Part shown: piece by piece, positions 38,678 to 49,158 of the stretch
How positions within the stretch are numbered: the stretch's first letter is position 1
Layout: every line of letters starts with the position of its first letter
NCBI GenBank assembly: GCA_963716745.1
Contig: OY970320.1
Coordinates: 1,696,001-1,760,000, forward strand
From: an uncultured Gemmatimonadaceae bacterium
GTDB lineage: Bacteria; Gemmatimonadota; Gemmatimonadetes; Gemmatimonadales; Gemmatimonadaceae
DNA length: 64,000 nucleotides
Reading direction: 5' to 3'
Position numbers and translations under genes: made by a program
Notes under the pieces: model-generated
The model's database searches: none
The model's input: only the letters and a program-made list of their open reading frames with translations
Told to the model about the DNA's origin: nothing

Positions 38678-41512
38678 TTAGGGTGCCTTGAGCGTGACTT
38701 TCACTCCGGTTTCCATCTCGACCGTCACCGTCTTCCCCGATTGCATCAGCACTTGCTCCAGCTGTGCCACGTCCGTGATCTTCACGCCGTTCACCGTCTT
38801 GATCGCCGCGCCCCGCTTGAGTCCCGCTGCCGCCGCGGCGCTCGCGTCGTCCACCGTACCCACTCTGATCGCTCCGCTCTGCGTGCCTTGCACGTCGATC
38901 CCCCACGCGCCGATCCGAAGCGGCACTCCCACGCACGGCTCGCCGAAGATGCCCTGGTAGCTCACGCCTTCGGGCAGCTCCACCGGCTGCAGGATGCGGC
39001 GCAGGTGACCGTCGCCCACGATGCGCGATTCATCCACCGCCACGAATGCCGTGTACTGCGACACGAGATGGTACTGCACCGCGAGGTCGGTGATCGCGCG
39101 CTCGTAACCTCCGCGGTCCGCGGAGTCCGCGGCCAGCTGCTGGCTCGAAAGATCGGCGATCTTCGCGCGCGCCCACACCGGCGCCAGCGCGCCGTGCTCA
39201 CTCTCGCGCTCCGGCAGCGTCACGCGCACCGGGTACCGCACGCGCCGGCTGCCGACGCGTCCGGTCACATAGAACGTGCCCTTCGCCGGACTCGTGTACT
39301 TCGCGATCAGATTGATGGTCTGCCCGCCGAACAGATCGGGCAGCTTGGACGGATACATTTCTTCCACCGGCAGGCCGTTCCAGTCGACCGCGACATCCAC
39401 GAGCACCGGTGAATCGATCGCCTCGAACAGCATGCTCACGCCGCGATCCGCGTACGCACTGTCGCGCGGGATGAGCGCGAAGCTCTCGCCGCCGCCTTCC
39501 TGGCCGATGCCGTCAATGAGATAGCGGTTCACACTCGAGCCGATCCCGAAGCCGAAGAAACGCGCGTCGCCCCGCTCCTTCTTGATCGTCGCGAGGATGC
39601 GCGGCTCGTCGCCCACGTAGCCATCGGTCATGAAGACGTACATCTGCAGGTAGCGCGCGTCATGGTGCGCGTGCAGCGCGCGCTCGAGACCGGCGAGCAT
39701 CTCGGTGCCGCCGCCGGCGTTCAGATTCTCGAGGAACGCCTTGGCCGCCCGGATGTTCTCGTAGCTGCCGAGTTGGGCGCGTTCCCAGAGCTGCGCATTG
39801 TTGCCGGAGAAATAGACGATGTTGAAACGGTCATCCGGGCGCAGCTTGTCGAGGGAACGGATCACGACCTGCTTCGACATTTCGATCGGAATCCCCATCA
39901 TGCTGCCGCTCACGTCCATGATGAACGTGATCTCGCGCGGCGTGACCTGCTCGTCCGTCGGCTCGGCGGGCGGCTGCATCTGCAGCGTGAGGAATCCGGG
40001 GCCATTCTCGCTCTCGCGGTTCGTGATGACGCCGAACTGCGTCTCGTCGCCGGCCACGCTCCAGCGGAGAACGAAGTCGCGGTTCGGGATCGAATCGCCG
40101 GCGGCGAGATGGATCACGCGCTTGTCCGAGCTCGGGCGCGAGATCTCCACGTGATGCGCGGGCACGTTGAGCTTCGTGATCGGGAGGCCGGCGTCGAGCG
40201 TGACCGTGAGGCCAATGTCGTGGCCGCTGCGCTGGCCGGGCTTGAGGACCGGCGGCGTGATGTGGCTCGCGTCGGGCACGACGTTCGTGTTGGGACTCCA
40301 GCCGCCGCCATCGGGATTGACGGGATGCGGCGGATTGCCGGCGAGTAGACCGGGACCGGTGGCGCCGCCGGGGATGTAACGCGGCCCGACGACCATCGGC
40401 ATCACCCACTCATACTCACCGTGCTGGTACGGCAGGCGCTCGAAGTACGTGATCTTGATGTCCACGTGCCCGCCCGGCTCGATGTTCGCCACGCTCTGCG
40501 TGAAGATGTTCGGGCGCTCCTGCGTGAGGAGGCTCGCCGTCTGACCGCGCGCGATCGCCTCACGATAGATACGCTCGGCTTCGCCGCGCGGGCGCACGAT
40601 GCCGATGATCTTGCGGCCGCCGACTTCCATCATGAAGTCGTTCACCGCCGCCATCGACGGGAGCGGGAAGACATAGACCGCTTCGATCACTTCATTGAAC
40701 GGGTTCGTGTACTGCTGCGTGACCGTCGTGCGCGCGAGGTAGCCGGAGATATCCGCGTTGACGTCCGTGTGCTTGAGCGGGAATTCGCCCGCGATCTCGC
40801 CGTCGGGGCCGCGCGCGCGAAGGGTACCTTGCGTGACTGGGCCGACGTCCTGCGCCGCGTGTTGGACCGTGCGGTTCGGACCGTCGCCGCGCTTGGTCTT
40901 CACATCGCTCGTCGACTGGGCGCGTTCCATGACGACGACTTCGTCGGCGTCCTCGAGTTTGTCTTCGATCCCGTTGGAGGGTGCGTAGGCGGATTTCATC
41001 GCGGGCATCGACATCGGCGCGACGGCGCTCATCTGCATGCTCGTCGAGGACCCCGGGGAGCCGGCGCTCTGCTCGTTGATCGACATGCCGAGCTTCCCGC
41101 TTGTCGGAGTCGTACCCTCGCCGGTGACCACTACCTCGCTGAGTCGCAGCGGATTCGTCTTGAGCGTGAAGTTCTCCGTCCGCTTCTCGCCGGCGTGGAG
41201 CAGGATCTTCCGCGAGATAGGCTTGAAGCCGATCAACCGAGCCGAGAGCGTGACGGAGTCGGCGGTGATTTTCGCGGCGGGCACCGTAATGCGGTACCAA
41301 CCCTCGGAACTCGTCATCGTGCCGAGGTTCTTTCCCTCGAGGAACACGTTCACGCTATTGAGCGGCGCTCCGGCTTCGGACTGGACATTCCCTTCGATGA
41401 TCGCGGCGTTCGGATCGTGTCGCGGCTTCGACGCGACCTTTACGACATCGGCCGCGGGGAATGCGAGGAGTCCGACCATCGGGACGAGGGCGAGCGAGTA
41501 CAAGCGGCGCAT
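38678..41512 (-). CDS. Exported protein: carboxypeptidase-regulatory-like domain + VIT + VWA + C-terminal PDZ-like domain
   Basis: VIT (FPLKHTDV...QQYTNP....EAVYVFPLP), MIDAS DVSGS/GGTE/TDG and PDZ-like AAAAGLKRG..I..VNG, with a GGAGG SD before ATG 41512. Confidence 0.88.
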   Translation of the reverse strand: MRRLYSLALVPMVGLLAFPAADVVKVASKPRHDPNAAIIEGNVQSEAGAPLNSVNVFLEGKNLGTMTSSEGWYRITVPAAKITADSVTLSARLIGFKPISRKILLHAGEKRTENFTLKTNPLRLSEVVVTGEGTTPTSGKLGMSINEQSAGSPGSSTSMQMSAVAPMSMPAMKSAYAPSNGIEDKLEDADEVVVMERAQSTSDVKTKRGDGPNRTVQHAAQDVGPVTQGTLRARGPDGEIAGEFPLKHTDVNADISGYLARTTVTQQYTNPFNEVIEAVYVFPLPSMAAVNDFMMEVGGRKIIGIVRPRGEAERIYREAIARGQTASLLTQERPNIFTQSVANIEPGGHVDIKITYFERLPYQHGEYEWVMPMVVGPRYIPGGATGPGLLAGNPPHPVNPDGGGWSPNTNVVPDASHITPPVLKPGQRSGHDIGLTVTLDAGLPITKLNVPAHHVEISRPSSDKRVIHLAAGDSIPNRDFVLRWSVAGDETQFGVITNRESENGPGFLTLQMQPPAEPTDEQVTPREITFIMDVSGSMMGIPIEMSKQVVIRSLDKLRPDDRFNIVYFSGNNAQLWERAQLGSYENIRAAKAFLENLNAGGGTEMLAGLERALHAHHDARYLQMYVFMTDGYVGDEPRILATIKKERGDARFFGFGIGSSVNRYLIDGIGQEGGGESFALIPRDSAYADRGVSMLFEAIDSPVLVDVAVDWNGLPVEEMYPSKLPDLFGGQTINLIAKYTSPAKGTFYVTGRVGSRRVRYPVRVTLPERESEHGALAPVWARAKIADLSSQQLAADSADRGGYERAITDLAVQYHLVSQYTAFVAVDESRIVGDGHLRRILQPVELPEGVSYQGIFGEPCVGVPLRIGAWGIDVQGTQSGAIRVGTVDDASAAAAAGLKRGAAIKTVNGVKITDVAQLEQVLMQSGKTVTVEMETGVKVTLKAP

Positions 41513-41701
41513 GGGAGCCTCCGGCATCTTGCCTGGTGTTCGCGGTGGCGAGATGCACACCGCGCTGGCAAGGGGACGCCGGTCATCGCGGGACTTGCAC
41601 ACGGCGACTGCCGGAGCTGGAGCGCCATACCCGCGTCACTCGTTACCCTGGCGCTTCGATGCGCCCGGCGATGGCCGCGGAATGGAGCGGCCGGACGCGC
41701 G

Positions 41702-42115
41702 CTAGTTTCGCTCGAAGTCCCAGCCGGAGGCCGGCCAATTGGTCGGCTGGCCGCGCATGAGCACCCATGTCAAGTCGCCGGCCAATCTCACGGTGATCAA
41801 GTTAGTGCCATGCCATATCGCGATGGTTCCGTGGTCGCCCGTGAAGGTCAGTGACACTCTATCACCATCGACGACGCCGCTCACCGAGAGGCTCTCAGCC
41901 GCTCGCCCTATGTCGCAGAATAGGCCGCTTCCGGTGACCACTGTCCCCTCCACGTGGAGCTGGAAGTGGAAGCAGTAGCCCGACGGGTTGAACTCGTTAG
42001 GGTCGACCCATGATCCATCGACGCGCGTCGACGCAGTCGGGTTCTCAGTGGGTGTGCTGCAAGCCATCACGACGGGGACGACGGCGGTTAGGACGGCAAC
42101 AAGAGAGAGTCGCAT
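41702..42115 (-). CDS. Hypothetical lipoprotein
   Basis: Hydrophobic signal ending VMAC, a beta-rich mature part and a GAGG SD. Confidence 0.6.
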   Translation of the reverse strand: MRLSLVAVLTAVVPVVMACSTPTENPTASTRVDGSWVDPNEFNPSGYCFHFQLHVEGTVVTGSGLFCDIGRAAESLSVSGVVDGDRVSLTFTGDHGTIAIWHGTNLITVRLAGDLTWVLMRGQPTNWPASGWDFERN

Positions 42116-42215
42116 GCGCGCCTCGAGAGGGAGGTCAGACTTATACCCGTACGACGCAGCATGTTGCCGTCGGACGCCTGCCGCAATGGTCCTCGCACAG
42201 CGCAAGCGATGCTGA

Positions 42216-43022
42216 TCAATTCGGCCGGCTCCCGAACGGCGCCGCGTACGCCGCGAGCGACCCGAGCATCTGCACCGACCACGCCGCCCATTTCTGCTGC
42301 GCCTCGGCGTTCAGTCCGTGCATGGTCTCATCGTCGTACTTCTGCTGCGTCACCCGCTCCTCATCGAACGCCGCGGCGCCGAGTGCGTCGCGCTGGGCGT
42401 CGGTCATCTTGCACGGGTGATCCACCATCATGTAGGTGCGGCGCAGCTCGCGCGAGATGATCTCGGAAATGTTGAAATGCACCTGCTCGTGCGCGAGCGC
42501 GACGGCACTCTGCATCTGGTTGCCGACGACTTCCGGCCGCACCCACGACTCGCGCGGGATGAACGCGGCGATCACGCCGTACTGGAACAGGTTTCCATCG
42601 CAACCGGAGCCGGAGATCTGCCCGACCTCCGACAGCGCGGCCTCGCGCCCCAATGGCTGCGGCGGCGCCTGGAAATCATTCCACGTGAGCGGACGCGAAG
42701 GACTCCATTCGATGCCGCCGCGCTCGGAGAGCTGGGCGCGCAGACTCGAGGCAATGCGGTCGGTCGACTGCGGGATGTTCGCGTCAGGCTCGCCACCGGC
42801 CGTGCGCGCGGGCGGGTGCGGCGGACGCGCGATCTCGTCTTCGAAGACCGCGGTCACGAGACCGGCGGTCCGCACGGGCGTGGTCTTCGCGGGCGCGGCC
42901 GGCTGCCGTGGCGCGGCGATCGAATCATGCACGGCCGCGCGCTGCTTCCGGCCGCCGGCACCGTGGCCGATGCAGGCGGCGAGAATGATCAGCGCGAAAA
43001 CGAATCGGCGAGTCGAGCGCAT
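42216..43022 (-). CDS. DUF922-like putative zinc metalloprotease lipoprotein
   Basis: LAAC lipobox, W...RPLTWNDF, LAHEQVHFNI and Q.KYD.ET.HG. Confidence 0.75.
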   Translation of the reverse strand: MRSTRRFVFALIILAACIGHGAGGRKQRAAVHDSIAAPRQPAAPAKTTPVRTAGLVTAVFEDEIARPPHPPARTAGGEPDANIPQSTDRIASSLRAQLSERGGIEWSPSRPLTWNDFQAPPQPLGREAALSEVGQISGSGCDGNLFQYGVIAAFIPRESWVRPEVVGNQMQSAVALAHEQVHFNISEIISRELRRTYMMVDHPCKMTDAQRDALGAAAFDEERVTQQKYDDETMHGLNAEAQQKWAAWSVQMLGSLAAYAAPFGSRPN

Positions 43023-43033
43023 TCGCTACTATA

Positions 43034-43924
43034 CTAGACCGCTATCTCCTCAAGAAGCCTCAAGAAACTGTCGTACCGCTCCGCGCTCACGCCGCCGCTC
43101 GCCACGAGCGCCTTGAGCGCGCACCCCGGCTCGTTGATGTGCCGGCAGTCGTTGAACTTGCACTTCCCCAATGCTGGCCGGAATTCGGGAAAGCACTCCG
43201 CGAGACTCGTCGCGTCCACGCCCCAGATCCCAACTTCGCGAAGTCCCGGAGTGTCCACCACATACCCGCCGTCGGGCAGAGGATGCATGAGCGCGCCTAC
43301 CGTAGTATGGCGGCCCTTGTTCACGGATTCGCTGATCTCGCCAACTCGAAGGTTCAATCCGGGATAGATCGCGTTCATCAGCGATGACTTCCCCACTCCC
43401 GACGGTCCCGTGAGCGCTGAGACTCGCCCGGCGAGCACAGCGCCGAGCTCCTCGAGGCCGAGTCGTTTCTTCACGCTCGTGTAGTGCACGGGATACCCTG
43501 CCCGCTCGTAATCCGCGAACTGCTCGTCCGCCCGCGGATCGAGATCCACCTTGTTGATCACGATCCGCGCGGGAATCCCGTTCGACTCAGCGATCACCAG
43601 GAACCGGTCGAGCATCCGACGGTGCGGCTCGGGCTTCACCACGGCGAACACCACCACCACCTGATCGACGTTCGCGACTACCACGCGCGACTGGTACCGG
43701 TTGCCCGGCGCGCGGCGCGTGAGCGCCGAGTGCCGCGGCTTGATCTCCGAGATCGCCGGCGAACTCGCGAGGTCGAGCATCACCTCGTCGCCCACGGACA
43801 ACTTCAGTCCGTCGCCTTCCTTGAGCCGCCCGCGCATGCTCGCCTCATGCACTACGCCCGCCGTATCGCGCACCTGCCACACACCGCCGGTGCCGCTCAG
43901 CACGCGGCCCGCGACCTCGGTCAC
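43034..43924 (-). CDS. rsgA: Ribosome small subunit-dependent GTPase A
   Basis: Circularly permuted GTPase order NKVD, GPSGVGKS, GRHTT, DTPG and the zinc finger CKFNDCRHINEPGC. Confidence 0.96.
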   Translation of the reverse strand: MTEVAGRVLSGTGGVWQVRDTAGVVHEASMRGRLKEGDGLKLSVGDEVMLDLASSPAISEIKPRHSALTRRAPGNRYQSRVVVANVDQVVVVFAVVKPEPHRRMLDRFLVIAESNGIPARIVINKVDLDPRADEQFADYERAGYPVHYTSVKKRLGLEELGAVLAGRVSALTGPSGVGKSSLMNAIYPGLNLRVGEISESVNKGRHTTVGALMHPLPDGGYVVDTPGLREVGIWGVDATSLAECFPEFRPALGKCKFNDCRHINEPGCALKALVASGGVSAERYDSFLRLLEEIAV

Positions 43925-44307
43925 TTCTCGCCCTCAGGTGCGATGTCCCAATACGGGATGTCATTCGCGGGCCCGCGGTCAGCGATCGCCTGATCGAGCA
44001 GCCGCTTCGCCTCGTCGATCTTGAGCGCGCCCACCTTCGCGCGCGCCTCGGCCTCGGTGCGGCCTCGCGCCAGGTAATCTGTTTCGCGATGTCCGGTCAC
44101 CCGCGGCTCGCCGCGGCTCCAGCGCACGAACACGAAGTACGCGGCGTAACTCGCGCGCGGATCCTCCGTCTCGTCCACGTCGATCTCCACGGTGTAACTG
44201 AGACCGTCGCTCCCTTCGAATCCCGCGGGGCGGTCGTGCACCGCCATCCAGCCGCCGATCGTGCTGTCGTCGCCCTTCGAATGGTCCGGCGGTAGATGAC
44301 GACCCAC
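43921..44307 (-). CDS. Hypothetical protein in the proline dehydrogenase-rsgA operon
   Basis: Tightly packed (3-bp gap upstream, GTGA overlap downstream) with typical codon use. Confidence 0.75.
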   Translation of the reverse strand: MGRHLPPDHSKGDDSTIGGWMAVHDRPAGFEGSDGLSYTVEIDVDETEDPRASYAAYFVFVRWSRGEPRVTGHRETDYLARGRTEAEARAKVGALKIDEAKRLLDQAIADRGPANDIPYWDIAPEGEK

Positions 44308-44310
44308 GCG

Positions 44311-45249
44311 CTATTTCTTCCTCCGGCCGAGCGCTTCGCGCATCACGCTGCCCATGATGAACGCGAGATTCGCGGGACGCTCCGCCAGCCGGCGCATGAG
44401 ATACGGATACCACTGCGTCCCGAAGGGAACGTAGACGCGCATGCGATACCCCTGGCGCACGTTCTCCTCCTGCAGATCGCGCCGCACGCCATAGAGCATC
44501 TGGAACTCGTAGCGGTCCGGGCCGATATGCTGCTCCTTCGCATACCGCTTCGCCTCTTCGATGATCGTCTCGTCGTGCGTCGCAAGACCGGGATAATTCC
44601 CCTCTTTCATGAGTGACTGCATGCAGCGTACGTAGTTCGCATCCACATCGGCCTTCAGCGGATAGGCGACGGTGGCAGGCTCCTGGTATGCGCCCTTGCA
44701 GATGCGCACCCGCGCGCCGAGCGTGATCGCGCGTTTCACGTCGGCCTCGGTGCGGAAGAGATAGCTCTGCAGCACGATCCCAACCTCGGCCTGGAATCCC
44801 GGGTACAGTTTCTCCTCGAACATCTTGAGCGTGCGCTCGGTGTAGTCACTCCCCTCCATGTCGAGCCGCACGAACGTGCCGTACTGCTTGGCGCGCGTGA
44901 GGATGCCGCGCATGATCTCCACGCACAGTGCCTCCGAGATGTCGAGCCCCATTTGCGTGAGCTTCACGCTCACGTTCGCATCGAGCTTCTCCTTATTGAT
45001 GCGGTCGAGCATCTCGAGATACTGCGCGCTCGCGGCGCGCGCCTCGGCCTCGTTGGTCACGCTCTCGCCGAGCAGGTCGAGCGAGGCTGTGATCTTCTTG
45101 GCGTTCAACGCGCGAACCGCCTCGATGGCGGTGTCGAGCGTCTCACCGGCAACGAAGCGGTTCGCGAATTTCTTGGCGAGCCCGTTGTTCCGAACGAAAC
45201 GGAAGATCGTGGGCTGATTGGACAGATAGAGGAACGTGGAACGCAGCAT
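44311..45249 (-). CDS. Monofunctional proline dehydrogenase
   Basis: RFVAGE, LDLLGE, SVKLTQMG, RLDME, KGAY, ATHD, EFQMLYG and YVPFG..WYPY.MRRLAER. Confidence 0.95.
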   Translation of the reverse strand: MLRSTFLYLSNQPTIFRFVRNNGLAKKFANRFVAGETLDTAIEAVRALNAKKITASLDLLGESVTNEAEARAASAQYLEMLDRINKEKLDANVSVKLTQMGLDISEALCVEIMRGILTRAKQYGTFVRLDMEGSDYTERTLKMFEEKLYPGFQAEVGIVLQSYLFRTEADVKRAITLGARVRICKGAYQEPATVAYPLKADVDANYVRCMQSLMKEGNYPGLATHDETIIEEAKRYAKEQHIGPDRYEFQMLYGVRRDLQEENVRQGYRMRVYVPFGTQWYPYLMRRLAERPANLAFIMGSVMREALGRRKK

Positions 45250-45301
45250 TCAACGTGTGTCGGTGGCGGGAATGGGCGCGAAGCTGACGGAAGCTAGACG
45301 G

Positions 45302-46969
45302 CTACCGCGCATCGTTCAATCCGCCGCTCGCACCCGGAATGCGCCACACCGGGAAGGTGAACCCCGGGGCAATGGCCGCGTCGAAGAAATTCCACGTGAC
45401 GAGTCCGTCGTCGCTCTCCGGCTCGAGCAAGTAGAACGCGACCACGCCAAGCGGCTGCGCGCTCTTCACGATCATGCTGCCGGCGGGGAGTGTGGTGACC
45501 GTGTCGCGCCACTTGCCGAAGACGGTTGTTTCGTGATGCCCCTGGAAGGGACGCTCGGCGTGATGGACGCTGTCGATCACGTAGCGCTGCACCGTGCCGG
45601 ACCACGCGGCGGCGAGCGGCTCGAGGCGCACGCCGTGCATCTTGAGCACGCGCGTCATCGCGCTGTCGCCCACCGGAATGGCGTATGCGTACGGCATCTT
45701 CTTCGTGAGCGTGGCCTCGAAGGCGATGTACACCGGCATCATCTGCGAGCGGAAATGGCCGGTGCGTTTGAGCCCCCGCGGGACGCCGGGCTGCGTAAGC
45801 GATGAGTCGCCTGTCTTCACGAGGTCTTCGGCGACCACGACCTCTTCGAGCGGCGACCGCGAGAGCGAAGAGCGCAATGCGAGTGCGGGCGCCGTGCCCG
45901 GTGATGCGCCCCAGGCGACGACGGCGGAATCGGCGCGCTTGGAGAGTGCGGTGAGCGTCTTGCCGTGCGCCGCTGCGTACGAGAGGATCTGTTGCACGAA
46001 CGCGTACATCGTGGCGACGCGACGTTCGAACGGATCGTGCGAGTAACCTTCCACCAGGATCGCGACGCGGCCGCGCAGGCCCACGTAGTTCGTGCCGAAG
46101 CGCGGGCGCGAATCGTAGGTGTACCAACCCTGCTTGATCGTGTCGGCGTTCACGTCGGTGCCGTAGTCGAGCGAGAAGTTGCCGTAGTCGAAGGTCGCGA
46201 CGTTCATCGCGCTCAAGTTCTTCTTGATGGCCGGCAGCATGGAGTCACGCGCGTACGGGCCGCCAAAGGTCGCGGCGGGATTGAGCGACGGCGCGTACGT
46301 GACGGCGTAGCCATGGAAGGAGCCGTCGGTCGTGTGGAGGTCCACGAACACATCTGGATCCCACGCGTTGAGCACCGCGAGCGAGGCGCGTGTCTCGGGC
46401 GTCTCCCCCTTCACGTAGTCGCGATTGAGATCGAGTCCCTGCCCGTTCGGCCGCTGGCCCACCGTTTCCGGTCCGTTCTGTTCCGTGCGATTCACCGATT
46501 GCGGCGCCCACTTCTCATTGCCGTCGGCGTTGTAGATGGGGACCGCGAGCAGCACGATGGAGTCGAGGACGTTCTTGTTCCCGTCTCTCTCGATGTCGCG
46601 GATCAGCGCGAGCAGCGCCTCTTTCCCTTCCACCTCGCCGGCGTGGATGTTCGCCTGCACGTACACGATGGGGCGGCCGAGTGCTTTCGCTTCGGCTGGC
46701 GAGTTCACGAGCGGCCGGGAGAGGACGACCATCGGGATCGCGAGTCCGCCGGTGCTCATGCCGATCGTGGTGCGATACATCGGCACGCCCTGTTTCTGGA
46801 GCGTGTCGAGGAACGCGATCACATCTGAATAGTGCGATGTCTCGAGATAATTCGTGGCCTCGGCGCGCGTGCGCGGCGATCCGGCGGGCGCGGGCTTAGC
46901 GCCGGGCGCAGCCGGTGCGCCGCAAGCCGCGATCAACGCAGCGCCTGCGAGAACGAGCGCGCGCTTCAC
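45302..46969 (-). CDS. M14-family metallopeptidase lipoprotein
   Basis: IAAC lipobox, IHAGEVEGKE, LNRD and DLHTTDGS. Confidence 0.88.
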   Translation of the reverse strand: MKRALVLAGAALIAACGAPAAPGAKPAPAGSPRTRAEATNYLETSHYSDVIAFLDTLQKQGVPMYRTTIGMSTGGLAIPMVVLSRPLVNSPAEAKALGRPIVYVQANIHAGEVEGKEALLALIRDIERDGNKNVLDSIVLLAVPIYNADGNEKWAPQSVNRTEQNGPETVGQRPNGQGLDLNRDYVKGETPETRASLAVLNAWDPDVFVDLHTTDGSFHGYAVTYAPSLNPAATFGGPYARDSMLPAIKKNLSAMNVATFDYGNFSLDYGTDVNADTIKQGWYTYDSRPRFGTNYVGLRGRVAILVEGYSHDPFERRVATMYAFVQQILSYAAAHGKTLTALSKRADSAVVAWGASPGTAPALALRSSLSRSPLEEVVVAEDLVKTGDSSLTQPGVPRGLKRTGHFRSQMMPVYIAFEATLTKKMPYAYAIPVGDSAMTRVLKMHGVRLEPLAAAWSGTVQRYVIDSVHHAERPFQGHHETTVFGKWRDTVTTLPAGSMIVKSAQPLGVVAFYLLEPESDDGLVTWNFFDAAIAPGFTFPVWRIPGASGGLNDAR

Positions 46970-49158
46970 TTGGCCACCAGCGTGCGATCGAGGAAGTCCG
47001 TCATCATAGTGAAAAGATGCACTTGTGTATTGCCTCCCGATATCGAATGCGTGCGTCCAGGATACATCATCAGTTCGAATTGCGTGCCCTGCGCTTCGAG
47101 GGCGTTCACCATCCAGAGCGTGTTCTGCGGATGCACGTTGTCGTCCCCAGTGCCGGTCACGATGAGCAAGCGGGCAGAAAGCCCGCTCGTGTACGTGAGG
47201 ACGGAACTGTTCTTGTAGCCGTCAGGATTCGCCGCGGGCGTGCGCATGTATCGCTCCGTCCAAATATCATCGTACAGCCGGAAGTCGATGACCGGCGCCA
47301 CCGCGATGCCGCTCCTGAACACGCTGCCGCCGCGGCTCGTGGTGATCGCCGTGAGGAAGCCGCCGCCGCTCCATCCCCACATGGCGATGCGCGCTGAATC
47401 CGCCCACGGCTGCTTCGCGATCCACTTGGCCGCGTCTATCTGATCGAGCGACTCCTGCTGGCCGATCTTCAGGTACATGCTGTGGCGGAACGCCGAGCCG
47501 CGAGCGCCGGTGCCACGATTGTCGACGCTGATCACGACGTAGCCTTTGCGCGCGAGATATTGGTGCCAAAGCTCGCGCTTTCCGCCGAAGGCGTTCACCA
47601 CGGTTTGCGAATTGGGGCCGCCGTAGACGTACATGAGCACCGGATGCGGCTTCGTGCTGTCGAAGTCGGGTGCCACGATGCGGAAGGCGTTGAGCTTCAC
47701 GCCGTCGGGCATCGCGATCTGGAAGAACGACTGCGGCTTGGTCTGCCGCGCGAGATTGGCGCGGAGAGCGGCGTTGCTCTCGAGCACGCGCTTCGCCGCG
47801 AGCGACGGGAGTTCGCGCAGCGTCGCCGCGGGCGGCAGGCCGGCGGCGGAGTGGGTATCGACGAACCAGCGACCGTTCGGCGAGATGCTTACCGTGTGCG
47901 TGCCGGGCTCCGCGGTGATGCGAACGCGCTCGGGCTTCCTCGTGAGCGCGTAGCTGAACACCTGCCGCTCCATCGCGTTCGGCGCGGCTTCCGTGATGAA
48001 CATCTCGCCGGTCTTCGCGGAGATGCCGGACACCGACTCGGCATCCGATCCGTCGGGCGTGATGGCGCGCACCGGCGTGCCGTCGCGCATGTAGAGATAG
48101 TAGCGACGCCAACCGCTCCGCTCGCTCGGCCAGAGGAACATCTTGCCGCCCGCGAGCCAGTGCGGCGCGCTTCGGTCGAGCTCCACCCATGCCGAGTCCG
48201 TCTCGATGAGCACGCGCCGTGGAAGGCCGGTCGTCGCACTCACGATGAGGAGATCGATGCGATTCTGCCAGCGGGACATGCGCTGCACGGACAGCGAATC
48301 GTTGCCTACCCATTCGACCGTCGCGAGATACCCGGCTTCGTTCTCGGTCTGCATCCATACCGTGTGCGCGTTCCCGACGTCCACGACACCGGCCTTTACG
48401 ATGGAGTTGGAGTCGCCGGGCTGCGGGTAGCGGACCGGGAATACTCTCGCATGCACCTCGCGATCGTCGAGGAGCGGGTACTGGGGCACAGGACTCACAT
48501 CGAACCGGTAGAACGCGATGCGCTTGCTGTCGGGGCTCCAGCGGAATCCATCGCGCAGCCCGAGTTCTTCCTCGTACACCCAGTCGCTCGTGCCATTGAT
48601 GATCGTGTTCGATCCATCGCTCGTGAGCGCACGCTCGGCGCCAGTCGCGAGCGTGACGACGAAGAGATTGTTGCCGCGCACGAAAGCGGCGTCTTTTCCG
48701 TCGGGGGAGAACTTGGCGAACATCTGGTAGCCGGGCTTCGAGGAGAGTGGCGTGAGCTTCTTGCTCGCGAAGTCGAGCACGTGATAGTAGCCCTTCGTGT
48801 TGAGGCGCCACACGCGCGCACTGTTGTGGTAGATGAGCGCCTTGGATGCGTCGTCGGAGAACGTGACGCCCTCGACCGCGAGGCGTTGTCCCGCGGAGTC
48901 CACGAGCAGCGAGGCCTCGGCGAGCACCGTCGCAGCGCCGGTCGCGGCGTCGACGCGCACGATGTCCGATCCGCCGGCAGGGTTCGCGCGCGTCGTCACC
49001 CACGCGGTACCGTCGGCGAGCCAGTGGATGTCCGGCATCGTCGCACCGTTGAAATCATTGCCTCCAAAGATCCCCGCGATCGAGAGATCGGGCGCGGCGG
49101 CCTGCTGCGCGCCAAGCGGGAGGGCGAGGGCGATCAGAATTAGAGAGCGGAGTCGCAT
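46966..49158 (-). CDS. Exported dipeptidyl peptidase IV (S9B)
   Basis: NG..DWVYEEE, YGGP, nucleophile motif GWSGGG, DDNVH and C-terminal His (RTHSI). Confidence 0.95.
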   Translation of the reverse strand: MRLRSLILIALALPLGAQQAAAPDLSIAGIFGGNDFNGATMPDIHWLADGTAWVTTRANPAGGSDIVRVDAATGAATVLAEASLLVDSAGQRLAVEGVTFSDDASKALIYHNSARVWRLNTKGYYHVLDFASKKLTPLSSKPGYQMFAKFSPDGKDAAFVRGNNLFVVTLATGAERALTSDGSNTIINGTSDWVYEEELGLRDGFRWSPDSKRIAFYRFDVSPVPQYPLLDDREVHARVFPVRYPQPGDSNSIVKAGVVDVGNAHTVWMQTENEAGYLATVEWVGNDSLSVQRMSRWQNRIDLLIVSATTGLPRRVLIETDSAWVELDRSAPHWLAGGKMFLWPSERSGWRRYYLYMRDGTPVRAITPDGSDAESVSGISAKTGEMFITEAAPNAMERQVFSYALTRKPERVRITAEPGTHTVSISPNGRWFVDTHSAAGLPPAATLRELPSLAAKRVLESNAALRANLARQTKPQSFFQIAMPDGVKLNAFRIVAPDFDSTKPHPVLMYVYGGPNSQTVVNAFGGKRELWHQYLARKGYVVISVDNRGTGARGSAFRHSMYLKIGQQESLDQIDAAKWIAKQPWADSARIAMWGWSGGGFLTAITTSRGGSVFRSGIAVAPVIDFRLYDDIWTERYMRTPAANPDGYKNSSVLTYTSGLSARLLIVTGTGDDNVHPQNTLWMVNALEAQGTQFELMMYPGRTHSISGGNTQVHLFTMMTDFLDRTLVAK

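Noticed and set aside
47360..47385. DPP IV nucleophile motif GWSGGG instead of GWSYGG as a sign of inactivity
   Set aside because: The Ser, Asp and His triad residues are all present, so a single substitution next to the Ser is not evidence of loss.
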